Source: Lingula anatina
Lineage: Eukaryota; Animalia; Brachiopoda
Assembly (NCBI GenBank): GCA_051362555.1
Contig: CM120646.1
Span: 20,832,001 to 20,896,000 of the forward strand
Direction of reading: 5' to 3'
DNA length: 64,000 bases
The notes beneath the pieces were generated by a model, which saw only the letters and a program-made list of their open reading frames with translations, made no database searches and was not told the DNA's origin. The position numbers and the translations under genes are program-made. Positions 26,640 through 40,082 of this stretch are shown here, in pieces (position 1 is the stretch's first letter; the number at the start of each line of letters is the position of its first letter).

Positions 26640-29615
26640 GCACATGCCCTAAAGCTACATGCCACTCTTTGCTGCCTTCATAGCAAACAGAGTACATTTA
26701 GTATCACCAGCCTGAGGTATTAGTGCAGCACGTCTCCTCTGGGGCTTGGACACACACCCTGGCGGTAATAATGATAGGTTCCATATACTTTACAGTGCTC
26801 GTGCTATTCTTTTTCTGACTTAAATTACCAGTGACACATAGATTCCCCCAAGGCTAGTACTCTCAATTTCATCCTTTTTCGTGAAATTGTAAAGAAATTT
26901 AGGTGGAGCTGATTCTAAGTGAGAAAAATGCTATCCTTACTATTTCACAAATTACATCTGCTTCGGATATGGGTCACGGCTGTGTATCAATAACAGCTTC
27001 GCGTAGTCTTAATGCTTCCTACCATCAAACCTCACAAGAATGTAAGAAACCCTCACGTACCTTATTGCGTCCGCAACCATTTCTGCGCGCTTTTAAACTA
27101 AGAAATGTCTTAATTAGATTCTATAAACGAATTGACCTTATTACGCTATAAAAATGACGAAGGCAGCCATTGCAGAGTGCGCATACTCCTCTATTCGTAG
27201 AAAGACATGAGGGTTATGAATTTTGCAAAAGTTCAGAATCTCGTCTTCGCTTCCAGCTATTTTGTTTTGGTTGAATTATTCATTTATCCAATACATGTTC
27301 ATTCATCTAATATTCTTTGTAGGAAACGCCCTAGCAACATGTGATTATGCCACACCTTGGGCGAATAAAACGTTTTCGTCCAAGGCCAGACCAAAACAAA
27401 GGAGGGAAAAATAAAATTACATTGTCTTGATAGGTATGAAAAGAGGGAAAAGTCAATCCGACATTATAAAGAGCATTGTTTTGTGAAACTTGTAATGCCT
27501 TTTCTCGCCTTAGAACTTCATGCGGAGTTGGGATGGATAAACAATGGCTTCATACGGTGGCCCTATGAGGCCACCATTTGTTTTTCTAGTAATGAGTCTG
27601 CCTTCTCTTTATCCATTTTACAAAAGAATACTGTGCACGCCATTGGACTGTTAGAATGTCGGTTTACTTGCTTGAAAACTCGGAAAAGCATATTTACTGA
27701 GAAAAAACTCAAGACAACAACAAATCCCTGAAGGAAAAGAAACGTTTATTAATATCTTCCATTTTATACCCCCACCCCTCCAGAGAAGTGAAGTGGTCAT
27801 ATCAACATGAAAACGATATTTTGACTTTTTTCTTTTCTTGAAATAACAACTTTCATCTAATTAACACAAAATGGAACTGCTGCTTCTAAGATATTTATAA
27901 TCTTTGGCGTCTTATCTTTTTTTACCATTGATTCGTACTTCATGTACAAAATAATCAAAATACCTGCAACTGACATGTTCTGATATCTTGTGTCTCTAAA
28001 CTCCATGTAACATGGGATAGCCGTTTTCAGTAATTCTTAAAAAAAACTTATCTTTCCGAATTTATCATTCTGTTTGAAATGAAGAGTTCGCGCGTTGCAA
28101 CTACCATTTTGAAATTAAGATTCGCATTACAGACTTTGTAATTATCTGTATACCAATATTTTATTTATAAGAGAAGCCATCTCTTTGTCGGCGTCTTTGT
28201 AATTATATAAAAAACGGCGACTTTATCCATTTAAGATCAAGAAAATATTTTCTCAATGTGACATTAGGGTTACAATACCATACTAATTAATATCTATACT
28301 ACGATTTCACCACAAACATTACTAATAGCTAAATATCATTTTATAAATATAATGATAATGGCTTTGTCATTTCACGTTCACATTATTGCCTGACTTAGTG
28401 TTAAACCACATAATTTGATTCCATTTTGCTGACACACAATATTGACGGTTACTTATAGTGAAATGTTAATTTTTTTCAATATTTTACAATACAACATGAC
28501 GCATGTAAGATCCAAAACTAAGCCCACGGGATTAATGTTGAAAGATACAACCGTGAAAAAATCTACTTCTTATTAAGTAATAAATCCTCATTCCTTCCTC
28601 ATTCCTTTAAAGCACTTCAAATGCTCAAACTAAGAAAAGAAATGATAGTTCCAGTTCATATTTCCATACCTTTGAATAATAAGCAAAAAACAAACAAACA
28701 AAAAAAAAATTAAATAAAAATAAAAAAAGGGGGGGGGAAAGAATATCACAAGTTACAAAAAAAAAAAAAATGACTACGACCTACCTACACAGGTAATGAA
28801 GCTATAAACTCAAAAGAAAAAGTAGGCCTGTGTGCGGCATATCAACACAAACCTGACTAGCCAACTTCATATCTACAAGTTGTATTTACACATAAATAAG
28901 AAAAACACTCTCTGCCTCACAAGCCCCTTGCCCCGGTTATGGAAAACGTAACTAAGCAAAAAATCATACAAACAAAACCACATGAAAAAAATAGAGATGT
29001 GAATAATGATAATTACCAGGGCAAGCTGCAAAACTCAGATCGTTTTTTTTTTTTTTTTTTTTGAAATTTTGCAATTTGATGTTTTTACTGAAAATTAACA
29101 ATACTTACTAATCTACAAGCACATTGCTCTGCTAATGACGAGTTTATTAAAATATAGATCCAAAATAATGCTGAGCGTACTGCTATAAACAAATCTCCTT
29201 GCAGAGACAACAGAGGCCCCTTTCACAAGAACAATAGATTGGAAACAGTCCACATAAATGTAATACAGCATCTGTTTTTTAACGTGAGAGACATGGGTAA
29301 TGTTTTAGACCAGTACTCACTGTATCTAAGTGGACCACTATGGGTTCATTTTGAACATAAGTAGACCAAATTTAGGGTCCAAAAGGTTAGACCGATTTTG
29401 GGGCTATACCCCCTTTGTGAAATTGGCCTCAGTGATGGTTGCAGTGTCAGTTGTTAAGTTTATAAATGCCCTTTTTTTTTGCTGCTATCTCAGTTCGCTT
29501 ACTCATTTAAGTTCACCTAAAATATATAAGCCACCAGGTAGTCATCTACAAGTGTATAGAGTTGTGGCTAAATGCTGCCTGAAAATGTTATCTACATTAT
29601 ATTAAACTTTGGTTT

Positions 29616-29658
<43 letters not shown>

Positions 29659-30010
29659 CAGGTATTTTATTTTTCAGGATGTTGGATTGTTTGTCACAAG
29701 AACAGGATATGGGGCACACAAAGGCCCAAGTTTGTCAACTGAAGTTGGGGGGGGGGGGGGGGGGGGTCTATTTCAAGAAGTCTTTTGGGTTTACCATCCA
29801 ATTCCAAAATTAGGAAGTAGTTTAATAATCAATAATTTTCTGCATCACATCTTAAAATAAAATTCAGCAAAGGACACTGTATTGACAATCCACTGTCTTG
29901 ATGAAACTGACCCCAATTTCTTCACCCCTTGCCATGCGAAATGCAACCGAAAATGACCCGGATGTTGAAAAACCTGAATTCATTATTTATACACCTACAA
30001 CCACCGTCTC

Positions 30011-33000
30011 TCATACATTTAACATCTCCGTCACAAGCCCTGTCAATTTTACTGTGCCGTCCAAAGACATGGACAAGAATCTCTCTGCAGCTTTAGCACT
30101 GACTGTTCGTAAGGCAGGCAGGCGCAGTAAAACTCGTCCGTATCGTCTGGGGTTGTGCGGAAACTTGCTGGTCTCGTATTTACGGAAACTGTCCAGAATT
30201 TTGGCCTGCAACATTTGCACTTTTTCTTTTTCCTTCAATCCTGCTGCATCTGAATTTGAAATGAAGATTTAAGAAGTTGCACAAAATCATTTCATTATTG
30301 AAATAATTTATCTAGAATGAGTTTGCCATTTAGTGCAAACAGTTAAGGATTACTGGATCATTGGCTGCCTAGGCCAATGATATTCTTGGCTCCGAAAAAG
30401 TTGGAAATCTGCCAGTCGGCAGAAAAACCTCATTCCTAATTAATAGTTTCATATAAACTGGAGACAAAGTTTTTAAGTAATCTTCAATGACAAATACATA
30501 AATAATTAAGAAGAGAGAGAGAGGATATGGACGCAAAAAAAAAAAAAAAAAAAATGATGAGTATCATAAAAAACAAGTATGTGACAAATGAAAAGACAGA
30601 GGTGTGAAGAGGTCAAATTATTCACCAAGCGAACAAATATGCGACACAAGTAAACACAACCTACCAGGATATGTTAGTATGAGTCCATTGAGTATACAGA
30701 ACTCCACGCGGTCAAGAAACAGGTCCTTGAGCCGTCGGACAAAGTCCAGTGTGGCCAGAACCAGGTCTTGACCCCATCCGATCTCGACAGATTCTTCTTT
30801 GGACATCAAGATATTCTCAGCAAATCTCACGGCTCCTTCAAATTCCTTGGATCTGTATGAAAAATATAAAACAGAAAATTATAACTTATGAACATATTTT
30901 TGCATGCCGTTTGATACCTCAATTACTTTTTCTTTTGCTTCTGGAGACAAACTAATTTTTTTCAAACAACTGTAGCACAGTTACCTATAACCCAGTCTAA
31001 ATATAACAATAAAGTCACCTACAATCGTAGCACAGTTACCTGTAAGCCAGTCTAAACACGTTCAATTCCATGAAAGAACTCTTCAACATGGCCATCTGAT
31101 CTTCTATGCAAATTGAGCTAAACCCTGAAGACAAGAAAGAAGTCACCCTCAGCCAAGAGCAGGTACTCATTGTACTCGCATAGAGCTGTATTCTTCTCAT
31201 GCATCCATTCCCCCAATATTATAATTACTAGTCCCAATATTATAATTACTAGTCCCAATATTATAATTACTAGTCCCAATATTATAATTACTAGTCCAAC
31301 CATTCTGATTAATATCAACATCGTTATTAGAAATTCTTCCCACTTTATTTTTGCTACTATGATAATAACAATTCTTTTTATCCTCTCTGTCACTTTTTTT
31401 AATTTTTAAATTAATTAATTAATTAATTAATTTATTTATTTAATTTTTTTTTTTTTTTGGGGGGGGGGTGTTCTTAAGACTTGGCACCACTCACCAGGAA
31501 CTTTTTTGGCCCACTGTATAATCATCTTCAGTTCCCCGTATCCATATCTCATCAAGTGGTTGATATCCACCACATTGCCATCTGTGGCCACATCATCTGA
31601 CACTGAAATAAGTGCACATTGCATTAAGTGAGATGGGAATGTATTCATTGTGACTGTGCTAGATTCCTGATAACAGAGCCTGGCGTGATTTTGAGTTGTA
31701 AGACAAAAAGAAGGAAGAAATGAGTTGATGGCCTTGTAACTGGTGTGTGTGTGTGTGTGTGTGAGGGGGGGGGCAGTTAAGGCAGAAAACCGGCCCCATA
31801 TCTGGCCCCAAATCTCCTCCAATTTCTACAAAATCTCACTTCATTCATGAGACTTAAAGCTATCTCAGATGATATCCATTTAGCGTGTGTGTGCGCGCGC
31901 ATGCATGCGCGCACATGTGCCTGAGTGCATGTGTTTGCACTTGTCTCCAATATAAAAATCTATGGCATTTCATGCACAATATCCAAATATCAAATATGCA
32001 ATATCAAAATATCTCAATTAACAGGTATGAGCAGGTGTTAGCAATCATCCAAACAACACAGTACCCAACAGGCAACCAATTAACAGGTGCCCAGATCTTG
32101 TTATCATGTCAACTTCATTTTATTCAGCTGAGGGCAGACAAAAAAATGATAAGACTGTTGAGTGAATCCCTGTGAACAGGGTCAGTAGATGAAATTTATT
32201 TTTGTTTTTTTAAATGTTTGGCATTGACCAAGCATAAACACTCAATTTTAAGGCCAGTCACTTTTTATGTATTTATTCAATCATTAATTTTAGGGGAAAG
32301 AACTGCCAACCACACAGTGTGGGCAATTTTAGAAGACAATAACAACAACATTCAGGGTTTTCCTGGGGTCAGGTCTAAATTCCTCCCACTTACCAAGCCA
32401 ATACTCCATACATTTTTTTTTCATTTGATAAAGTAAGTAAATAAATGAATGAAGATGCTGAAAAACTGGGTTTAATCAAAACTATGGCCAGTCATACTTG
32501 TTAACCAATTCCTCAGTTTTGTCTGGCCTAACATCCAATGAGCAGGGATTTAGGTGTGGTATCACAGTCTTTGTCACCTTGGCTCTTAGCAGTATCTATT
32601 ATACAGATTATTGAGACTAAATGAGAGTTTTATGTTTATGCCTTTTCTTCTCTGAGATTAAACCACATCTTGCAAAAGTAATAGTAATAATAAAATAGCA
32701 TGTAAAAATGAAAATAAGGGCAACACTAGCTTATTCATATTAAGCTGAGACATATATTCATGAAATTTAAACCTAATGAAAAAGAAAAAAAATCAGCAAA
32801 ATGATTTTTAGAGAAAAATGATCACTTTAACTAATTCCATGTCCAGTCATATATCTGGCTGACAGTATTTTAATTAAATCACTCACATGGCTCTGGTTCT
32901 GGTAACAGGTCTGGTTTGGCCGCTACCAACATGTCAATGATCTCGTCCGTGTACTCTTCTGTGGCCAGAGGAAACAGGTTCTCGTTGCTGTAGTCCATCA

Positions 33001-35855
33001 CTTTAGGTCTGCGCACCCGATGTTTGCCGCCCGGTGAGCGATCTTCTCGCACAGCTGGAATGGAATTAAACTTATTATGTCTATTAAATAGTGCACATCC
33101 ATGCATACACACACATACACACTAGTATCTCATTCATTGTTCTTTCCTGGTCTTTCCAAATTTTAGTGTTCAATTTTTCAATATTTTGTATAAAGTTAAA
33201 AACATAAAATTCTAAGTGTACTGCATATGTGCCTGTACACCAAGCCAGTGCATCTATAAATGACTATACCTTTTGTCTCTAAATGTGATGATGAATGTTA
33301 GCAAGTTATGTCTGTGTCATTCAATATACTTAGTACTGTATTCTATAGTAATTGAAATTTCACATTAAATATAATTTTTCTTTTAATTAAGAAAGTAAGT
33401 TCTCCCACACATAGACCTCTGCACACCCTGCCAATGGACTTAGATACAATGTTTTGCACCATTAACTTTCATAACATGGGGCTTACTTCTTAAATAATAA
33501 TTATTCATTAAGACTTTCTTACATTCCTGGCAATTTAGGAGGAAATTCCAATATCGGGTACTAGTGCATTGTTTTAAGGAGTTTATATCATTTTTAAGGT
33601 TTGGCGCGAGTAGCTATGCACAACATTCAGACATAAAAATATGACTATGAGACATTTTCAAACACATATAGAATAACTTTCTAGTTTTCAGTTTATCATA
33701 ATCATCGATATCAATGATCAAGTTACCTTCTCTTTTCATCCCAACTTCCATACACCTCTGAAAGCGACAATACTGACAAGAATTCCTAGTGAACTTGTTG
33801 ATGATGCACAACCCTGCGTCTTTACACTGATACACAAGATTCTTCTGAATTGTGCGCTTGAAAAAACCCTTGCAGCCTTCACACGAGTACACTGAGTAGT
33901 GATAGCCACTTCCTGAAACAAAAGACAACAATGTGTACATATAAGTATGGATGATTTACCACAGTTTAAAAGTCAAATATCAAAATGTGCCTCTAATAAA
34001 TAAATTGATAGATAAGGCAAAGCTACAAAATTAATAAAAACAACTTAAAACTTTTTTTAAAAAGTTTTTTCACTCTCAATGGCATATTTGTTGGCATTTG
34101 CTTAGTTCATATCCACATCAACAAATCATAACCTTTCACATTGATTTACTCCATCTTGAAGTCTTCTAAAACTACACAAAAACAATAAAAAACTTTGTAC
34201 TATTATTTAAATCTAACCATGTGTTTGTGAAAGATCAGCCAAAGGATGACAATTAAAAAAAAATTACAGCAGCTCTATGAATGAAAGTCAATATCTTGGG
34301 CAATAAAAAGTTGATAAGAACTGATCTGACCTATGAGTACATGACATTTTTAGATAAAAAAAGAATTCCATCAGCTGCAACAGCCAGTAAAGAAATTGTT
34401 TATATCCAACATTCTGAACTCTTTCTAGAGCATCTATACCAGGTGAATGGCCTATTAATAAGCAAGTGTCCCGATATACTTGACCCACCTACCATAAAGG
34501 AGCAGGTAAGAAAAGGAAGGGAAGGGAGGATGGTCCCTTCATTTTTGAGACACAGGCTATAGATGTATTGCTGTAAAAGGCCAAATGTGTTGTTCCTGTG
34601 TTTCAATGTCAGAATACCCCCCCCCCTCCCCCTCCTCTGCATCTCCTCCTACTGCCTCAGGAAACACAGGCACAGGTCAGGGAGGATGTTCCATTCTCTG
34701 CTATAGATGACAACAATTTCAACACTGGCTGTTGGTTGAATAAAGAAAAAAAAACAATGGTTTATTATTAAAGCAGTATCAGCATTAAATGTAAAATACC
34801 CTTATCAGAGCAGACCAAGCAGTAGCCTGGTGTCTCCTGACTGTGAGCCAGCTGATAATCTGTATTCAACGAAGAGCTGGTAACAACTGACGGAGAATCC
34901 ATGGTTATAACTATGCTCGTAGACGGGGGCTCTTTTGGCTCCCCCTGTTGAGCACTACTTTGTGGAGTCATTGAAGCATCGGTTGAGCTGGCAATTTGGG
35001 TGTAGTATCCAACGCTGGTGTTCTGGACTTCCTGTAGGGTCTGGTTGGATGTAGCATTGGCTTGGGATCTTTGAGACATATCAATAGCTTCATCTGGAAT
35101 ATGATTTGATTTTGATTAAATAAAAAACATTTATGAAATTTTTCCAGAGCTGTTTGGAGTTAAATGCAAAATTGGAGTTCCATGTTGAATAATGCTAAGG
35201 TTTATGATTACTGTATATCAATCAAACAATAATACATGACATTGTACATTTCTACAAATATTGAAATTAAGGTCAGCTTTTTTTTTTACTTCATTAGCAC
35301 AAAATGCAATTTAATTATGCTGGAAGAATGCAGTAAAATGCCATGCCAAATTCTTAACTGAAAGATTACATATATAACTAGTTGTTACTAATAGTCTAGT
35401 AACTAACGTTTAGTAAGTAAAAAAAAAGTCCAGTAATAAAAAAAAACTTTTAGTAATATAAACACCGTTCTGGCGAGAATTGTCGGATTTCTATAAATGC
35501 ACATTGGTCACTGAGGTAGAATTTGTGAGTAGCTAACTTGATTAAGTTAGCAGGAGAAAGGGTAATAGTTTATATAAAACAAAGACAAACTTCAGAGAAA
35601 ATTAAGAGGTAATATACCGGTATCCTCATGTCTCTGTGCCGCTGTGACGTATATAACTTGTTCCGTTGATTGACTGCCATCTGTGTACTCCATTGATCCA
35701 GCGGAGACATTATCGTTTCTATCACCGCCCTGTTGTTGTTGTTGTTGTTGTCCAGCAATAGCCATAGAGTTTTCTGCCTGTTTACTCGCCAAAATTAAAC
35801 ACTCAGCGCCGGCAACGTTCTCGTTATTATTTGGAAAGTCTTCACGTCGCGCCAT
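30011..35855 (-). CDS. Orphan nuclear hormone receptor (C4 zinc-finger DBD + LBD), probably NR7/NR8-like
   Basis: Exons 35855-35618, 35093-34800, 33912-33727, 33054-32887, 31602-31495, 31124-31040, 30852-30665, 30249-30011. DBD: [28 protein letters not shown]...[14 protein letters not shown]; extension: [14 protein letters not shown]; LBD signature: [20 protein letters not shown]; H10: [13 protein letters not shown]; AF-2-like: LVTEML*. Subfamily call is from recall, not phylogeny. Confidence 0.93.
31211..31298. repeat. 21-bp minisatellite (about 4 copies) in a nuclear-receptor intron
   Basis: cccaatattataattactagt repeated. Confidence 0.9.
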
Positions 35856-36463
35856 CTTTTTTACCTCTTTCTTAGGGAATAAGTCGACAAATGAAGTGTT
35901 ATTCTAACCCGAAAATCAACCAATATCAAATAGCAAATTCTTTAACCCCATTTACCGTCCATTTAACACAAAGTTAGACCAAGATTGTGTTATAATCATC
36001 CAATACTTGAAATATTTTATCGAAGACATTGGCTGCCGACTCGATTTGGCCTCGCTTTGGCTTTGCTCTCGTAAATTGGAGGCAGGATACACAACGGAAA
36101 TGAGAATTTTCAGGAAGGACTGCATCATTTTTACGTACAGACACGCAGACACGCATGTGTACGTATAGTCGTCACCCGCGTCTGTCGTCGCCATGTACTT
36201 TCACCGATAACACGATAAAAGGAAAACTGTTTTACCTTTTGCCTTGAAACAGGACCACCCTTCTAATAATCCTCTGCTGTGATCCACTGCTGTCATACCA
36301 CATGTAAAACGCGTTTAGCAGACAAAAATTGTATCTTCTCGGCGGAATTACTTGCCGAATTTGTTTTTCTCTGTTTTGCGCTGTATTGCCACTCATTGCG
36401 CTATTTAGGAATACCCCACATCCATGTACTTCAAGGTTGATGATACTTAAGGCCATGTTTGGG

Positions 36464-36624
36464 GACGGGGGCGTCTCGATAGTCCGAAGGTTCATTGGTC
36501 CGAAAAACGGTAACATTTTCATCGGTTTTTTAATCAAGGGTGCATTGGTCTGAAGGTTCTGTAGTGAACATTCGGACCAATGAACCTTCGGACTATTGAA
36601 CCTTCAGACTATTGCTACGGCCCC
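36464..36624 (+). mobile_element. MITE built of tagtccgaaggttca subrepeats, copy 1
   Basis: Internally palindromic; close reverse-complement copy at 38831-39008. Confidence 0.75.
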
Positions 36625-36966
36625 TTGGGGACTGATATTGCGCAGGGTTAAATACATTTACAAGTACAGCACCCCGGCTATTGATTGTTATTGCAGATAT
36701 ATACATGCACATCCAAACTGACCGTCTCTGTGACAAAGCAGAAAGTTTCCATTTGATCTGAATTAAGCCTACCAATAAAGCTTCTCCAGCTCTGTGGTAA
36801 CTCTGCTGCCTTGGACAAAGCTAAACACTTGTCTTCGAGTTTGAATTCTAGAATGTTCAATACAATATTTTGGCAATAAATAATTTCTTGCATTTGATTA
36901 CCATAAAAGGGAAAAACGTTTGTACGGAGGCATCGTATTCGAGGCCTGCCATCCCCCCCCCCCCCC

Positions 36967-36997
<31 letters not shown>

Positions 36998-38830
36998 CAA
37001 ATCATCCTGGATCTATCCCAGTGTTTTGGCTCTGAAAGTATGAATCTGTGTTATCCTAAGGCCCCAAAAATTGAGTGAAATAAAAGGTTAAACATTGGCC
37101 CCTGAAAGCTACTGGGTTTTGATGCATTGTGACCTAGATTTGGCTTCCTTTTTTCAGCAAGCAAATTCGGGATGAAATACTTGTACAAAATCCACAGACA
37201 GGGCTCCCAAGTCTTCATCCTCTGTTTTTCAGCATGCAGTTTTGATAAAAGAAAAGTTTTCCCTACTACTGCCAAGCATTTTAAGTTGAATAAATATCCT
37301 TGTGAAACTAAAAAAGCCTTGAAAAATGTTGTATGTCAGAGATACCCCCCCACCACCACTCCCACTATTGGGCTTCAGACCATTATATAGAAAAAGCTCA
37401 TATTTAATTGTACAAAATCCAAGATCCAGTGAAGAACATAAGCCTTTTGTTGACTTTGCTTATCTGCATGTCCCTCGCATACGTACTACAATAAAAATAA
37501 TAATTTTCTTTATATCACAATCCTTAATCTGAAGTGCCGAATAATAGTGCCTATCGGAATAATTGTGCCCCCCGGAAAACTTTCCGAAATTAATAATTTT
37601 GCCTGGCGAAATAAGTGTGCCCCCTGGAAAAATTCTCAATATTTAACAATAGTGTCTATTGCAAAAATTGTGCCCCCTGGAAAATTTGATCAATTTAATA
37701 ATTTCAATAATTAATTGTAATGGCAATTATAAATCATATTCCAATCTGGAAAAATGTTTTGACTATTAAACATAACAAAAACACAATATCTAAACAAATA
37801 CATTTATTTTGAAGTGAATACTGTAATATTATTATTACACAAAAAGTGTACTGTGTGGCAATAAAATTGTTCACATGGAAAATGCAACACTTAAGGGCAG
37901 CAAATTTTCTCTGCAGTGTTAATAGTACTGAATGATTTAATAAACTACAGCAGATCTCTGAAAAAAATTCAACAAGTTAATAACTACATTTTGTTGAGGG
38001 GCATTCTGCGTTATTCGTTTTGCATTATAGATGGAATTTTGACACTCTAAAAATAAATTCTACAAAAACTATAATACATACATTGTTCAAATTTGGCAGG
38101 AATATTGATTAGTGCAAGCCTAAACTTGTGACCATGCAAAAAACTTGAAATAACATCTATTAGTTTTTGAGAAATATTGATTATTGATCACCATTACAGA
38201 CAGAAAAAATGGACAAGCATTTTTATAAATCAACTTCAAAACTCCTCTCTGTTTGTGGCTTTTTAAAGATAAAATTGCACTGACATGACAATTTCATTAT
38301 TTTAGTTACTAGAAATGTAAAAGGTTATTAATTTCTTTTTTGTTATGAAATTTTGAAGTTTTCAAGAACAAATTGTAAGTTCAAGATTTATATTTCTTAA
38401 AATAACTGCATGATCATGCATGTTCTGTAATTACTCAAACATGTCATGTCATCTGACATTGACTACTTTGGCACAATTGTCCATTAACATTTCTTAACAT
38501 TAAATTTTTTACATCAGCAATAAAATGCTAGAATTTTTTTTTTTTTTTTTTTTTTGACTGGTAGCATATTTTGCTACCGATTCGAAGTTAGCACCAAAAT
38601 GAAAGATGGCAGCAAAACTTATAAATATACACAATCTGTATGATGAATAATGTGTAGAAGTATTAAGTAAATTTTACTTCCAGATCATCTTCATTTTTAA
38701 TGTAACTCTTTATTATTTAAAGCAAAAATCTTCATAATTTAAAGTAATTAAAAAAATTAACTCTTCTTGTTGTTTAAGATTAATACCACCACCCACTTTT
38801 CTTCTATGCACGAGGTTCTGGCAGTCTCAT

Positions 38831-39008
38831 GGGGGCCGTAGCAATAGTCCGAAGGTTCAATAGTCCGAAGGTTCATTGGTCTGAATCTTCACTATAGAAC
38901 CTTCGGACCAATGAACCCTTGATTAAAAAATCGATGAAAATGTTACCACTTTTCGGGCCAATGAACCTTCGGACCAATGAACCTTCGGACTATCGAGACG
39001 CCCCCGTC
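38831..39008 (-). mobile_element. MITE, copy 2 (inverted relative to 36464-36624)
   Basis: gggggccgtagcaatagtccgaaggttca...ggactatcgagacgcccccgtc. Confidence 0.75.
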
Positions 39009-39587
39009 TCATGTATAGTTCTTCTTGGTGTAATGTCAATGTCACAAGTCATAATTATTGAAAAGTTGTCCAAAATACCAAACTTTTGCAATGAATCATC
39101 AACTTCTAAAAGAGCAGTGACCAATGGCATTAGCATTAATGTCTTTAAGTGTTAGAAGAAACTGTGCAGGTTTCCACGTTGAAGTCGTTGCACAGCTTTA
39201 AACTAAGAGAAACCAAAGCCAATCATAAATAACATAACATCATATGTCGTCAGTATTTAACAATGAACATCACATGCTCAGCAAAGTAACTCACACAGAA
39301 GTCTCAAGAACCTAATTATCTGTTATGTATACACCATGTATGTCCTACTGAGTATGACTGGGATGGACCAACAGATCCATTTGGCACATGTTTGAAAATA
39401 TATTTTACCATTCAAATATCACTAAAAATATAATATATACGCGGCTCCCGCGAAATTCCATTGTGGGGGGGGGGGGGGGGGGGGGGGGAACAAGTTTTCT
39501 GATGACATCCTCGGCTAGAATTTCATAATCAAATTCTTGCCCTGCGTAAGATCTTCCAGTGGCATTTTTATCAAAGTACCTACAGTA

Positions 39588-40050
39588 CGGCTACGTACCT
39601 ATACTCCCCCGCACCGATACTCCCCCACTTCTTTACATCCCCGCACCGATACTCCCCCGCACCGATACTCCCCCGCTTCTTTACATCCCCGCACCGATAC
39701 TCCCCCGCACTGATACTCCCGCGTACCGATACTCCGCAAAAACACTACTCCCCCAAGGCATAGATTCCCTTGGCTTTGTAAAACCCCATTCGTAATTTAC
39801 AACACTTTCTATAATGCTTTTTTTTTCAAGATGCACCACCCTCTTGGGACCCAGAATTGACTAATTTTATTCGAAATATATTGGGAAAAATAAAGAACGT
39901 TACACGAAGTCGATCTCAGACTTAGTGTGCAGCTTGACAGTACGTAGGTCTACAGCTCTTCCTTGTGATTTTTGAGAAATGTTTTTGCAAAATTAATTTC
40001 GTTCTCCTACTGTACTCAGTAGTTACTGTATATATATCTTGTACGGCCTT

Positions 40051-40082
<32 letters not shown>

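Noticed and set aside
31118-31409. Hydrophobic repetitive ORFs (LGLVIII / SPNIIIT)
   Set aside because: Translation of a 21-bp intronic minisatellite.
39559-39795. Pro-rich repetitive ORFs (PILPRTDTPP; also 41519-41770)
   Set aside because: Translations of the repeated arms of the foldback-like element.
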